A DNA stretch of 64,000 bases from a virus (Duplodnaviria > Caudoviricetes), in IMG/VR virus record IMGVR_UViG_3300016476_000578, positions 5,191 through 69,190 of that record. One strand, given 5' to 3'. This document shows, one piece after another, positions 10,144-20,642 of this stretch (the stretch's first letter is position 1; every line of letters begins with the position of its first letter). Below the pieces are notes generated by a model that was not told the DNA's origin, searched no databases, and saw nothing but the letters and a program-made list of their open reading frames with translations. The position numbers and the translations under genes are program-made.

Positions 10144-11511
10144 TTATCCTAAAGTTCCGCCCAAGTCTTTGAACTTTTGTGCTAAATTTTTCTTCATTAT
10201 GTTTTCGCCGGTTTTCATTGTTTGTGTTGTCTGTTTTCCTTGAGTTGTTTGTGGTTCAAAGAATTGAAACTGACCATTGTTTGTATTAATTTTACTAGGT
10301 AATGTTATTCCGTCTGGGCCGAAACGATTTTTAATTACGTGACCTCTTCCAGTGCCTGACATTTTATCTTCTACCTTTCTAGATAAAGACATTAAGAAGT
10401 CAGCAACCATCACTTTTCCATATGAAGATGCAATCTTATCTGCTTCAATAACATCTTCTTCTAATGCCGATCTCCCTGCTTGTGATGCGGTCCAAACTGG
10501 AATGTTATATTCCCCTGCCATTCCTCGTAACTCCTCGTAAAGTTCTTCTAAGGCTTCGTGTTTGTCCTTTTTTGCATTGATCTTCAACAAGTCACCATAA
10601 TCTACAATAACTAATGCAGGAGTATTACCTAACATGATTGTTTTTTCTAAATGTGCCTTCAATCCCATTACTCCAACTGATTTAGTTGGAAAATATTTAA
10701 CAATCAAATCACCGCGCAACGATTTCATTTTTTCTTCAACTGTATCCTGATGATGCTTTAATGTCTGTGCGTTAATACCCGTTAATACTGAATCATAACG
10801 CTGACCTACATAATTTTCATTAAGTTCTAATGTATAATGTATTACAGTATGGCCAGCTTTAATTGCATTTGCTCCAATATTAATAAGCATCCAAGATTTA
10901 CCAATGCCGGCAGGTGCCATTACGACTCCCAATTCGCCAGGAGCTAATCCGCCATCCATTAAATCATCAATTACATCCCACCCGGTTGTGATAGTATGTC
11001 TAGATGCTTCTGCATATCGAGCTGAAATATTTCGTTTATATTCTAACCCAATATTGGTATCAGCACCAGCTTTCATTGCTGTATCTATCTTTGTTTTAAT
11101 TTCATCGTAATTTCCTCGTTGTAGCAAATTAACCGAATCCATTATCGCACGTTTAATTTCCTGATTTTTACAAAAATTAAGAATTTCATCTTTAACAAAA
11201 GATAAATCATCAGATTCCATAAATCGAAATACATCTTTAAGTTGCTCTAATATAGCAGCTTTTAGAATCGATTCAGGTCCTTCATCACTTAATTCAGTTA
11301 ATTTAACTTTTAATACATCTTTTGATGGAGGTGTCTTATATTCTTGAAAATGTGATATAACTACATCCAATAACCAACTATTTGCATCTGACTCAAAATA
11401 ATCAGCTCTAATAATATCGGCAATCTGTTGTAAGAATACTCTATCAGTAAACATAGCCGCTATTACTTTCACTTGAAAGCCCCAACCGTATTCACTTAAT
11501 TTGTCTGTCAT
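10144..11511 (-). CDS. Replicative DnaB-like helicase (T4 gp41-like)
   Basis: Walker A APAGIGKS, YTLEL, IVDYGDLL, WTASQ, KNRFG. Confidence 0.93.
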   Translation of the reverse strand: MTDKLSEYGWGFQVKVIAAMFTDRVFLQQIADIIRADYFESDANSWLLDVVISHFQEYKTPPSKDVLKVKLTELSDEGPESILKAAILEQLKDVFRFMESDDLSFVKDEILNFCKNQEIKRAIMDSVNLLQRGNYDEIKTKIDTAMKAGADTNIGLEYKRNISARYAEASRHTITTGWDVIDDLMDGGLAPGELGVVMAPAGIGKSWMLINIGANAIKAGHTVIHYTLELNENYVGQRYDSVLTGINAQTLKHHQDTVEEKMKSLRGDLIVKYFPTKSVGVMGLKAHLEKTIMLGNTPALVIVDYGDLLKINAKKDKHEALEELYEELRGMAGEYNIPVWTASQAGRSALEEDVIEADKIASSYGKVMVADFLMSLSRKVEDKMSGTGRGHVIKNRFGPDGITLPSKINTNNGQFQFFEPQTTQGKQTTQTMKTGENIMKKNLAQKFKDLGGTLG

Positions 11512-11517
11512 GTAATA

Positions 11518-11546
11518 ATAATATTAAATAGGAATGTAATATCCAA
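11518..11546 (-). promoter_or_regulatory. Class I promoter, leaderless helicase mRNA
   Basis: TTGGAT-N17-TATTAT, 6 nt before ATG at 11511. Confidence 0.6.
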
Positions 11547-11547
11547 A

Positions 11548-12609
11548 TTATTTTTTGTGGGTTTGTTGTGCGTATGCATTTAGTGATAGCCAAGTGTTGT
11601 TTAACCAATCTGGAGCATTTTTCATTACCGCCCACATTTTATCTTCCATGAACAATCTTTGAAATTCCACTTTGTTTAACGCGGATATAGGTTCATTTAT
11701 TAAACCTCTGATTAAACTTGCACTTTGTGCTGGAATATCCAATAACTTGATGTTCATCAATCTATAATTTTTATCAATTATATCTGATGAGTCTAACATT
11801 TTAGCATATGATTTAGATTCATTCAATTTCAATTTGCATTTATTAAATAAATCATCCAATGTAAATTCTTCTGCAGATGCTAGTTCCGGTAATGATTTCA
11901 ATATTGTTTTCGGGCCGATGCCATCGACTCCAGGAATATTGTCTGATGCGTCACCTGTAAATGTTCTATAGACAACATAATTGTTCGGATGAACTCCAAA
12001 TTCTTCAATTAATGCTGCCTCGTCATACATTTTCTTTTTAATAGGAGACCATACTTGCAATTTTGGACTAATCAATTGATAAAAGTCTCGATCGGTTGAA
12101 ACGATTGTTATCTTTTTGCTACGTTCACTGTACATGTCTGCAATATACGCAATCGTATCGTCGGCTTCAATGCCGTCAATTGATAATAATGTAATTGGTA
12201 GATTATCTAGATATGATATCAATCGTCCAAACTGCCAACGCATTGCTTCTTGTTCATCTTCTAAAGTAGCAAACTGTTGATGGTCATGTCGACGCAATCT
12301 AGTTTTATTAGCACGGTTACCTTTATAGTCGCCGTAAATCTTTTTTCTCTTAGCAGAACCACCTCTGCCATCAAATACAATTATACATCTGCTAGGACGA
12401 AAATCTCGAACTACTTTACCTACTGAATATAAAAATCCAGTAATACCTCCGATGTGCTCCCCATCTTCGTTAGTTGATGGGGTTGCACCGAAGGCTCTAA
12501 TAAAAGTATTAGTTCCATCCATAATCATGATATGATCATCAACATGAGATGGATTTTCTACCTTTTGATTCTGTAACTGTTTGAAGAGTTGTTGATACTT
12601 ATTTGTCAT
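11548..12609 (-). CDS. 5'-3' exonuclease / flap endonuclease (T4 RNase H / Pol I N-terminal-like)
   Basis: MDGTN, VFDG, YKGNR, EADD, STDRD, GDASDNIPGVDGIGPKT. Confidence 0.92.
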   Translation of the reverse strand: MTNKYQQLFKQLQNQKVENPSHVDDHIMIMDGTNTFIRAFGATPSTNEDGEHIGGITGFLYSVGKVVRDFRPSRCIIVFDGRGGSAKRKKIYGDYKGNRANKTRLRRHDHQQFATLEDEQEAMRWQFGRLISYLDNLPITLLSIDGIEADDTIAYIADMYSERSKKITIVSTDRDFYQLISPKLQVWSPIKKKMYDEAALIEEFGVHPNNYVVYRTFTGDASDNIPGVDGIGPKTILKSLPELASAEEFTLDDLFNKCKLKLNESKSYAKMLDSSDIIDKNYRLMNIKLLDIPAQSASLIRGLINEPISALNKVEFQRLFMEDKMWAVMKNAPDWLNNTWLSLNAYAQQTHKK

Positions 12610-13769
12610 CCTTCTTCGTCTATAACCTCGTCTGTAATTACAACGTCATCTATGCCGCCATCAACACCTGCTTGGTATTTGAATATGTATGCGTCACAGA
12701 TTCGTTTATACAAACGTTCTTTAATTGCTGGGTGATCAATCACTTTTTCTACAAAGTTCTTCGATTGGAATTTAACCTCTCCGAAAACTTCTCCGGTTTC
12801 ATGATCAATATCTTCCAATGTATAATGAGCTCCAGCTTGTTTAACAATGTCAAAGTTTTTCATGATTGCTAACCAACCACCATAGTTATCTATCCCCGAA
12901 TCGAAATAAATTTCATAATCTACTTTTCGATGCGGAGGACCCATTCTATTTTTAACCACTTGCACATTAGTCTTACTTCCTACCACTTGCTCAACGCCAT
13001 TAATTTTAGCCTTGATCATACCAGTATTCTTTAATCTAAGACGAACTGATGCATGGAATGGAATAGCTTTACCGCCAGATGTAGTCCATTGGTCTCCGAA
13101 AGATACACCTAATTTAGTTCTAAGCTGATTAGTGAAAATCAAACAAATTCTTTCTCGTGCAATCCAATTGGTAACCTTTCGCATTGCTTTTGATAAGATA
13201 ATTGATTTTGAAGTTGCATAACCATCTTTGTCATATTCAGCCGACATCTCAATTTTTGTAGATGCACCCATGATTGAGTCTACAATGATTGTAACTAAAC
13301 GATCTTTATTTGACTTTCTAACGCCCTCAACAATTGTTTCAATGGTTTCAAATATTTCTTCAATTGTTTCTAATGGAACATATAACATAGTCTTTAAGTC
13401 AACTCCGATTGCTTCTAAAAACTCAGAACTAGTTGCTGCTTCAGTATCAATATAAACTGCCAAGCCACCTTTCTTTTGTGTTTCTGCTAAAGTATGTGCT
13501 GCTAACAAAGATTTCCCAGATGCTTCTAATCCAGTAATTTCAGTAATCCGACCCACAGGAAATCCTCCATGGGGTCGGTTTGAAATGGCTAAATCAAGCA
13601 TAGAGCAACCAGATGATATCCATTCTTTAACATTAGCAGGAGAATCATCATCACCATCTAAAAAATAAGCAGACTTTAATGCTTGTCCTTTAAACTGTTT
13701 ATTGATACTATCAGCTAATGTATTTGCTAAACTGTCTTCCAGTTCTTGCTTAGTTTTGCTTTTTGCCAT
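12606..13769 (-). CDS. recA: RecA/UvsX recombinase
   Basis: GLEASGKS Walker A, YIDTE, IVDS, NQLR, GGKAIPF, KNRMGPP. Confidence 0.93.
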   Translation of the reverse strand: MAKSKTKQELEDSLANTLADSINKQFKGQALKSAYFLDGDDDSPANVKEWISSGCSMLDLAISNRPHGGFPVGRITEITGLEASGKSLLAAHTLAETQKKGGLAVYIDTEAATSSEFLEAIGVDLKTMLYVPLETIEEIFETIETIVEGVRKSNKDRLVTIIVDSIMGASTKIEMSAEYDKDGYATSKSIILSKAMRKVTNWIARERICLIFTNQLRTKLGVSFGDQWTTSGGKAIPFHASVRLRLKNTGMIKAKINGVEQVVGSKTNVQVVKNRMGPPHRKVDYEIYFDSGIDNYGGWLAIMKNFDIVKQAGAHYTLEDIDHETGEVFGEVKFQSKNFVEKVIDHPAIKERLYKRICDAYIFKYQAGVDGGIDDVVITDEVIDEEG

Positions 13770-13779
13770 CTACTTTTCC

Positions 13780-14559
13780 TTAATTAAAAAGGTCATTAAA
13801 TGCTGATGCAACGTCGTCTACTTTTGGAGCAATTGGTGTTGATTTTGCTGCTTTAGGAGCTTCTTCCTCATTTGAAGTTTGCGATGCTGCTGCAGGTACA
13901 TCTGCATCTGCATTTTCTGGATTCATCCAATCGGATAATGCTTGCTCTAATTCTTCGTACGTTGGCTCAGGGAATAAATCAGTGATTTCTGGTTGATTCA
14001 TGATTTTCTCAGCAATTGATTTATCTTCTGTTGCTGGTTGAGTGTTAGGTTTAACACGGATTGATGTCTTTGGATAATTAGCTCCTTCCGCTGGAGTGAA
14101 TTCTACATCAATATCACGACCATTCATTAGATCTGTAATATCTCCATAATCTGGATCTGAAATGATTGATAAAAGTTCTGTGTAAATTTGTTTTCCAAAT
14201 CCCCAGAATTTAACTCCCTCTGCTTCTTTACCACGGATAATTACAGGAACATATGTTCTCATTTTTGGTTCGATCTTACGACCCATCATCCATTCATCTT
14301 TGTCTCCAGTTTTCTTAAGTTTTTCTGCAAACTCTACAATTGGATCAGCATTGCCGAATGTGATCGGGGAAAGCATTGAACGCTTACCGATATCATAATG
14401 GAAATACAATTCTAAGAATGGATTGTCTTTGCGATGTACATACGGTACAATTCGAATTCTTGTTTTGCCAGATTCAGGCTTCCACAAATTTTGTTTTTTG
14501 TCATCAGCTTTGTTCAACTGATTAAGTTTTGCTTTAATTGCATCTAAATTAAGTGCCAT
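13780..14559 (-). CDS. Single-stranded DNA-binding protein (T4 gp32-like)
   Basis: Aromatic-rich OB-like core (FHY, FWGFG, YGDITD) and acidic tail AFNDLFN; located beside recA. Confidence 0.8.
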   Translation of the reverse strand: MALNLDAIKAKLNQLNKADDKKQNLWKPESGKTRIRIVPYVHRKDNPFLELYFHYDIGKRSMLSPITFGNADPIVEFAEKLKKTGDKDEWMMGRKIEPKMRTYVPVIIRGKEAEGVKFWGFGKQIYTELLSIISDPDYGDITDLMNGRDIDVEFTPAEGANYPKTSIRVKPNTQPATEDKSIAEKIMNQPEITDLFPEPTYEELEQALSDWMNPENADADVPAAASQTSNEEEAPKAAKSTPIAPKVDDVASAFNDLFN

Positions 14560-14611
14560 TAGTTAACTCCTTTTGGTTAATTGATTAATAAAAATATAAA
14601 ATATTAATTAC

Positions 14612-14640
14612 AATATAAGTAATTAATTCGTTAAGTCCAA
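14612..14640 (-). promoter_or_regulatory. Class I promoter upstream of ssb
   Basis: TTGGAC-N17-TATATT; AAGGAG at 14567-14572. Confidence 0.6.
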
Positions 14641-14653
14641 GTAATTAGTTAAA

Positions 14654-14863
14654 TTATTTTAAGTCAATGTTATAATATTTTTTCATAACACTTTTAATGT
14701 ATCTAGGATTAATTCTAGAATCAGTATCCATCATAATTGTATATGCAATACCAGCGGCCGTAAAAGTTTGTTTAGCATCTTCTAAATAACTTTTATAAAT
14801 GTAGTCAGCAAATCTTTTATCAGATTCTTCATTTTCTGCTAATATGCTTTTCAATTTAATCAT
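14654..14863 (-). CDS. Small hypothetical protein, putative internal head protein
   Basis: N-terminus MIKLKSILAE (L/I-x-E); preceded by the ATATTTAT motif. Confidence 0.5.
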   Translation of the reverse strand: MIKLKSILAENEESDKRFADYIYKSYLEDAKQTFTAAGIAYTIMMDTDSRINPRYIKSVMKKYYNIDLK

Positions 14864-14888
14864 TATAATTTCCTTCCTTATATAAATA

Positions 14889-15275
14889 TCAGTACCAAGA
14901 AAACTTCTTGTAAAATATCAAGTCAATTACTCGATATCCAGCATCATCTGTAAGTATAAATGAATTTTCATACTGATACCAATCAAGTTGATATGTTTTA
15001 TCTAATACTCCATTATTAAGTTTTCGTATTACTTCATTAAGTGCATTTACTGTGTATAAAGTGTTAGTTTCTTTTTTTCTATGAATACTAATAGTATTTT
15101 GACCTCTTCGGCCCGAATCTATAGCATTATAAGTGCAATACAAATTATCAGACGAAGCTGCGTTTGAAAATACGAAAATACGATGCTCTGGTATTTCGTA
15201 GTTATGTTGAATGTATTCGGATACAATATTTAAATCCGAACGATGTGCAAACGTACAAAGTAGTTGTGTTTTCAA
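14889..15275 (-). CDS. Hypothetical protein
   Basis: 128 aa ORF, in operon. Confidence 0.65.
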   Translation of the reverse strand: MKTQLLCTFAHRSDLNIVSEYIQHNYEIPEHRIFVFSNAASSDNLYCTYNAIDSGRRGQNTISIHRKKETNTLYTVNALNEVIRKLNNGVLDKTYQLDWYQYENSFILTDDAGYRVIDLIFYKKFSWY

Positions 15276-15279
15276 TTCA

Positions 15280-16392
15280 TTAATCCTGTGGTTTTGTTGT
15301 TACCTGTGTTGACATTTGGCTACCTAGAACAAATAAATGGTTTTGATGGAAATTTGCTAAGCCGGCTGATAATCTGTGGTTATCCGTACATTTAAGTACA
15401 TTATACAAATCGGCTGATGATTCTAAGAACAATGTTTTGTTTGGTTTGATGATCATGCCCCACCAATTAACAGAATTTATCTTTCTTGCTAGCAATGTAT
15501 CAATATTACGACAAAATGATTGTATGATTGAATCAATATCTTCTGCAGAATTTAATAGATCATTCAATTTGTCTCCGATACGTTGAATCATTTTAATATG
15601 TGTTGTAGTTCGCATATCAATTAATTCTTGTATTTCTCGTTCTACTGTAGGATCATCTATTAAATCTAATAATGCATTGATCTGATCGCGACCTTTTGAT
15701 TTGCTAATATCTTGTCCGGTTAATAACTTTGCAAGTTCAATAAATGAATTCAATTGCTCTGTTGATTCTGGGTCTAATGACCCGAAGTCAAATGTAGTTT
15801 TATTATAGTTTTTAAGCGATATTGTTTGATCACCAACTTCAATGTCAGCCTCAATACCCGTGTCTCCAGCTACTGCGCCTTTTACTTTTCCATCATATAC
15901 TATAGCAAACCATAATTCCGATTCATCTCCATTTGGTATTTTAATAGTATCTCGAATTATATCATACAATGTTTCATATGACCCTCGTATTGGAGTAACT
16001 CCGGTCTTCAATTGAAGTTGACTAGGTTTTTGTATAATATTTAATACTTGTTGTCTTGTATTAGTATCTAATTGTAGAATAGCATCATACATTCCGCGCA
16101 ATCCAATGATTTGTTGTCCCGGTACACTATATGTACGAATTATGAATGATTCAAACTCATCAACATCTAAAAATGCTCGGCTGTTACTTACTTTTTGATC
16201 GGGAGTATTTTGATTAGTTGTTTGTTCTGAAATAACGCCTACCATCGCACGACGTACAATTTGCTCAGCCTCTGATAAATCAATATCAGTCATTTCTAAT
16301 ATAACATCTTTAAGTATAGCAAAATCATCTACTGTTTTCGGATATCCGTGAGGTAGACGGTAACGCCATTCTACTAAAATTGAATTGATCAT
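15280..16392 (-). CDS. Hypothetical protein, possible PD-(D/E)xK-like fold
   Basis: GDESE...ADIEVGDQTISLK pattern; N-terminal EWRYRLPHGYP segment. Confidence 0.35.
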   Translation of the reverse strand: MINSILVEWRYRLPHGYPKTVDDFAILKDVILEMTDIDLSEAEQIVRRAMVGVISEQTTNQNTPDQKVSNSRAFLDVDEFESFIIRTYSVPGQQIIGLRGMYDAILQLDTNTRQQVLNIIQKPSQLQLKTGVTPIRGSYETLYDIIRDTIKIPNGDESELWFAIVYDGKVKGAVAGDTGIEADIEVGDQTISLKNYNKTTFDFGSLDPESTEQLNSFIELAKLLTGQDISKSKGRDQINALLDLIDDPTVEREIQELIDMRTTTHIKMIQRIGDKLNDLLNSAEDIDSIIQSFCRNIDTLLARKINSVNWWGMIIKPNKTLFLESSADLYNVLKCTDNHRLSAGLANFHQNHLFVLGSQMSTQVTTKPQD

Positions 16393-17720
16393 AATGATAT
16401 AGTTTTCATTTTATTATAAATATTACCTACCTGTGTTTTGACCGGAAAATTTCCTTGTTCTAAAATTTCATTGATTTTAGGTAATACTTCTTGAGCTTCA
16501 TTGAATGGAACATCAAATAGAACCGAGTCATATGTATATAGAATCATGCAAGTTTTATATGATGTTAACATGTTTTGTATTTTATGCAGTTTCTGTACAG
16601 ATACTTCGGTTTCAGTTGCTTGTAGATAGTAGTTGAATATTTTATTAGCAGTAGCATTTGTTATCATATCATGCGTAATTTTACGTCGCAATATTGGAGT
16701 TTCAATATATTTTTTAGTTTTCCATTGATTCCATAACGAATAAATAAAATCGTTTACTTTAGAGAAAAATGGTATTGATAAAAATTCTCGATCAATTCCT
16801 CCATATAATAATCGGAATGTTATTTGTTTGCTTTGTTCATACTCCTCAACAGTTAATTCATCTTTTCCGAAATATTGTTTTCCGAAGTATTCATGCACTG
16901 ATCCTGCAGGTAAATCATAACTAATTAATCTAGCAATCAATCTAACGTGATATGCATCAAAGTCCATTTCTACTAAAGCACCTCGGTCGAACCTACTACA
17001 AAAAGCTGCACGCGTGCCATCTTCTTTATTCATAGCTGCAAAATTGAAGCCTCGATATGCATTACTTGGACGGCCGGTTGAAGTATGATAATTGTAGTTT
17101 GAATAAACTAAGTTGTTTCGTACTAATTCTGGCATACGAAATGTTTCATTAACACATAATCCATTACGTTCAATTGTTGCAAAAACCTTTGGATATGTTT
17201 CATTGAACTGTAAATATGATTTTGATAACTCTGCATTGATACACATCGGCCAAGCATATTTCCTAATCTTTTGACACATTTGCAAATGTTGCATTAATGG
17301 GACAATTGTATTGATATATGGTAGCGTAGTATGTCTGCGCCAATAAAATGAATGAGCTGTTGTCGGATAATGAGATTCATCATACGATTCGTTATATGTA
17401 TACCACCACAATGTCTTAACATCCCATACAGCTTCATTTCCTCCTATTTGAAGCCATTGCTTTTTATCATATACAAAGATATTATCTAATTCAAGAAACC
17501 GTTGTACATGTTCAGAAAAGCCCCTTAGTTGTTCAGTATGTTTAATTGGAACTAATCGTTCGATATCATCTTCAGTATACACGTATATACAAGAAATTTC
17601 ATTAGTAGAAACATGTAATTGCGAATCGGCTAATATTGGTATTACTAATGATTTTTTATCTTGTATGTAGTTGAATAATGCTAATACATCGGTTTCATCG
17701 TCCACTATCATATATGACAT
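16389..17720 (-). CDS. Compact family A DNA polymerase-like protein
   Basis: TSTGRPS, motif A EMDFDAYHVRLIA, motif B SKQITFRLLYG, motif C YTYDSVLF. Confidence 0.8.
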   Translation of the reverse strand: MSYMIVDDETDVLALFNYIQDKKSLVIPILADSQLHVSTNEISCIYVYTEDDIERLVPIKHTEQLRGFSEHVQRFLELDNIFVYDKKQWLQIGGNEAVWDVKTLWWYTYNESYDESHYPTTAHSFYWRRHTTLPYINTIVPLMQHLQMCQKIRKYAWPMCINAELSKSYLQFNETYPKVFATIERNGLCVNETFRMPELVRNNLVYSNYNYHTSTGRPSNAYRGFNFAAMNKEDGTRAAFCSRFDRGALVEMDFDAYHVRLIARLISYDLPAGSVHEYFGKQYFGKDELTVEEYEQSKQITFRLLYGGIDREFLSIPFFSKVNDFIYSLWNQWKTKKYIETPILRRKITHDMITNATANKIFNYYLQATETEVSVQKLHKIQNMLTSYKTCMILYTYDSVLFDVPFNEAQEVLPKINEILEQGNFPVKTQVGNIYNKMKTISL

Positions 17721-17749
17721 ATAATATGAAAAATAAGTGACATTTCCAA
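17721..17749 (-). promoter_or_regulatory. Class I promoter upstream of polA-like gene
   Basis: TTGGAA-N17-TATTAT. Second in-frame ATG (17711) is 9 nt downstream and may be the true start. Confidence 0.6.
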
Positions 17750-18358
17750 TTATTGATTGATGTCATTAGGAACGATGTAGTCTGTATCAGAATATAATTC
17801 TATGTAATTATTTAACTTTTTAGATATCCCTGGCATTGTTTTTTCTAAAACACTAACACGTTGAGCATTTATTGTTGCAACAGATGGTATCGTTATTCCA
17901 TTGGTAATTTGCATTGATAATTGACCTGCAATTTGCCATTGTATTGATACCGCAGTATATAAATTAGGATCAATCTTTTTATTAGTCCAATCTTTAAACT
18001 GAGTTTCATCGATCTCCGTTATTGCAGATTCATTTATTTTCTTTATAAAATATCTAGTAATAAACTTAGCTGCTTTATCTTTTTCAGTTACAGACGGATA
18101 AAATGATTGTATTGGTTTGTATTTAGTAGTTACTGACTTTAATTTTTTATATTCAGTTACAACTTTAGATGGACGTTCAAATTTGATCAACTTAACCGAT
18201 TTATCGGGCCTCCAAGTTGATTCAGTAAAAGTTTCCCCCGTAGTATAAGAATGATATGCACCTTTATACTCAACTAAATCTTCTGTCATCCATTCCTGGC
18301 CAGTAGTATACAAATTATAAAATGTTTCTTCTACTGTATAATATGCTTTCTGTCTCAT
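17750..18358 (-). CDS. Putative baseplate/virion protein
   Basis: Last gene of the baseplate operon; start moved to ATG 18358 (ATGA overlap). Confidence 0.45.
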   Translation of the reverse strand: MRQKAYYTVEETFYNLYTTGQEWMTEDLVEYKGAYHSYTTGETFTESTWRPDKSVKLIKFERPSKVVTEYKKLKSVTTKYKPIQSFYPSVTEKDKAAKFITRYFIKKINESAITEIDETQFKDWTNKKIDPNLYTAVSIQWQIAGQLSMQITNGITIPSVATINAQRVSVLEKTMPGISKKLNNYIELYSDTDYIVPNDINQ

Positions 18359-20637
18359 TCTTGTACATCGATATTTGGTCGCATAATGCATCTAATAGTA
18401 GTTGTCCATTGACCATCAGTTGCAACGGTGTGTGCAATACTCATAATACTAAATACTGCGTTTTGTTTATATCTAGTTGGTAATCCATCAAATGTTAATA
18501 CGTCACCATATCTGAATCCGTTAATACCATCAATTGTAAACTCAACTTCAAATGGAATTACTGGAGCTGTTAATTGATTTGATTCAACAATTGAAGGGGT
18601 TGGATATTGCACATACTTTTGCAATGCTTGGGCTAATGCAGCGCGCTTTTCTGGATTTGTTAAATCATTTCCGTATGCAATTCTTGCTTGTTTTAGTTTT
18701 TCTACAAAATTTTCGTGTGCTAATTTATACTTATTTTTTATTTCAAGTAATTCTTCAGGCGTAATTAAATTTCCTACAACTTCATGTGGTCCAGATCTTG
18801 TTACGGTATTTGCAGCGTACATGTATGCAACATATGGTGCTATATCAGATTCAGCAATTTCTGAAGGATCTTGATTAACAACATATGCTAAATTAGATGC
18901 ATCTGCTGGCAACTTGCCTGAGAATTTAAAATCTCGTACAACCGTGCCGTATTTGTGATTTGAAAACATCGGAACTGAGTACGGTACAACTGGTTTTTGA
19001 TTCTTTCCTAATGAAATTGCTTTAGCATCATAGTACAATAAAAATTCTGGAAGTTCTGGATGCGTTATTAATTTCATATCAATTGCGCCACCCGTAGCAT
19101 CATAAATTTCATATGATACTTGAGATAATAATGATGCTACAGTAAAATTATTACTTTTTTCTAACGAAGCTACGATTTCTTGTATCACCTCCATATTAAT
19201 AAATATTCTAGTTGGCCAACTGTATTTATATTCTAGAGTTGGCCCGGTTTCTGATAGTTCTTGATATGTCTCAGAAAATACGTATCCTTCGCCACTTGAA
19301 TCTAATTCTGCGTACCATTTTACATTACCATATTGATCAGTAGATCCATCTGCACTAGCAAGCCAAATTCTTTGAGGGTCTGATGAGACCATGTTTTCAT
19401 AATAATTTGATGTACATAATGCATCATTTTCGGTACAAATAATTGTCGCAAATGGATCGGCTGCTTTTCTTTTTGAAATAATTAAACGATTAATAAAATC
19501 AATCAGCCAAGCCAATTGTATATATCGTTGATATGCAATTTTTCCGGCAATCGGTTCTCCCCAAGCTGCCCAATTCGAATATTGTTGTATTTCGGATATG
19601 GATCTGTAAATATCAGTATTTCCTCGTTGATCAGCTGGCGGCCTTGGGTTTCCGTTTTTATCTGATTCAATTAAATCGTTTATTTCTTTATCTAGATTCG
19701 TATAAAATGTGCCTAGTTCTGTTTTATCTAAAATAATCTGTTCCGGAGTTGCTAGCAACGCGGTTGATGGTAACGGCGGTATACTTGCAGCTTCTTCCGT
19801 CAACGGACCGATGAATTCTGCCGGCGGTGTTTCATTAAGTTGCATTTCAGTTGTAGGATCCGTTTTAGGAGTAACTGTATTCATAATCAATGATATATCA
19901 GCATATGTTTGGCTTGTACCAGTCATTGACAATGTTACAGTAACACTCATATCTGGCTGATAATCAATAGTAAAAGATTTAATTAAACCATCAAATACAA
20001 ATGAATTCATTTTTTGATATTCTCGCAATTCAGTTGTTGTTAATGATGGATATAATGTTCTGATTTTTTCTGCAGAAGCCATTGAACTTGTAAGTAGCCC
20101 GCTTGTAGTCTCATATGAAACGACTGCAGAATCTGGATGTGCAATTAATATAGTAACATGACGTCCTGGACGCATATATACTGACTCAATAAAATTTAAA
20201 TCTCGTTCGGGGTTAGGAATTGTAATGTTGATTGTTGCATCATTCAACAAGCCGTTACTGTTATCACCAATTGTAACATCTAATGAAGTAATATATGGCG
20301 GAATTCTTCTAGAAGAATTTGTCATTGGTTGTGCAGTTTTTTCTAGTATCTTTCCGTCTTGTACTAATCGTTCTTGTACAGTATATGTTCTGTCAGATAA
20401 AAATCCATTAGGTCCACTAGGCAAATATTCTCCTGACCGTACGGTCTGTCCTCCTAATATTGCTTCTAGAATCTGTGTTTTTCTATCCGGTTCTTTATAT
20501 GGAATAAGTTGTACATTTGCTACTTTCTCAAGCATAAAACGTAAATCCTTAGTCGATCTTCTCCAGCCCGCTATTCCTCTCGAATTTAATTCTAGCTGCA
20601 AATTTGCATCAACTTCAGTATAAAAAATATCACTCAT
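18355..20637 (-). CDS. Putative baseplate hub/tail protein
   Basis: Follows the LysM-like gene; C-terminal GFRYGDVL...SIAHTV..GQWTTTI is typical of hub (gp27/gpD-like) proteins. Confidence 0.55.
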   Translation of the reverse strand: MSDIFYTEVDANLQLELNSRGIAGWRRSTKDLRFMLEKVANVQLIPYKEPDRKTQILEAILGGQTVRSGEYLPSGPNGFLSDRTYTVQERLVQDGKILEKTAQPMTNSSRRIPPYITSLDVTIGDNSNGLLNDATINITIPNPERDLNFIESVYMRPGRHVTILIAHPDSAVVSYETTSGLLTSSMASAEKIRTLYPSLTTTELREYQKMNSFVFDGLIKSFTIDYQPDMSVTVTLSMTGTSQTYADISLIMNTVTPKTDPTTEMQLNETPPAEFIGPLTEEAASIPPLPSTALLATPEQIILDKTELGTFYTNLDKEINDLIESDKNGNPRPPADQRGNTDIYRSISEIQQYSNWAAWGEPIAGKIAYQRYIQLAWLIDFINRLIISKRKAADPFATIICTENDALCTSNYYENMVSSDPQRIWLASADGSTDQYGNVKWYAELDSSGEGYVFSETYQELSETGPTLEYKYSWPTRIFINMEVIQEIVASLEKSNNFTVASLLSQVSYEIYDATGGAIDMKLITHPELPEFLLYYDAKAISLGKNQKPVVPYSVPMFSNHKYGTVVRDFKFSGKLPADASNLAYVVNQDPSEIAESDIAPYVAYMYAANTVTRSGPHEVVGNLITPEELLEIKNKYKLAHENFVEKLKQARIAYGNDLTNPEKRAALAQALQKYVQYPTPSIVESNQLTAPVIPFEVEFTIDGINGFRYGDVLTFDGLPTRYKQNAVFSIMSIAHTVATDGQWTTTIRCIMRPNIDVQE

Positions 20638-20642
20638 AACTA

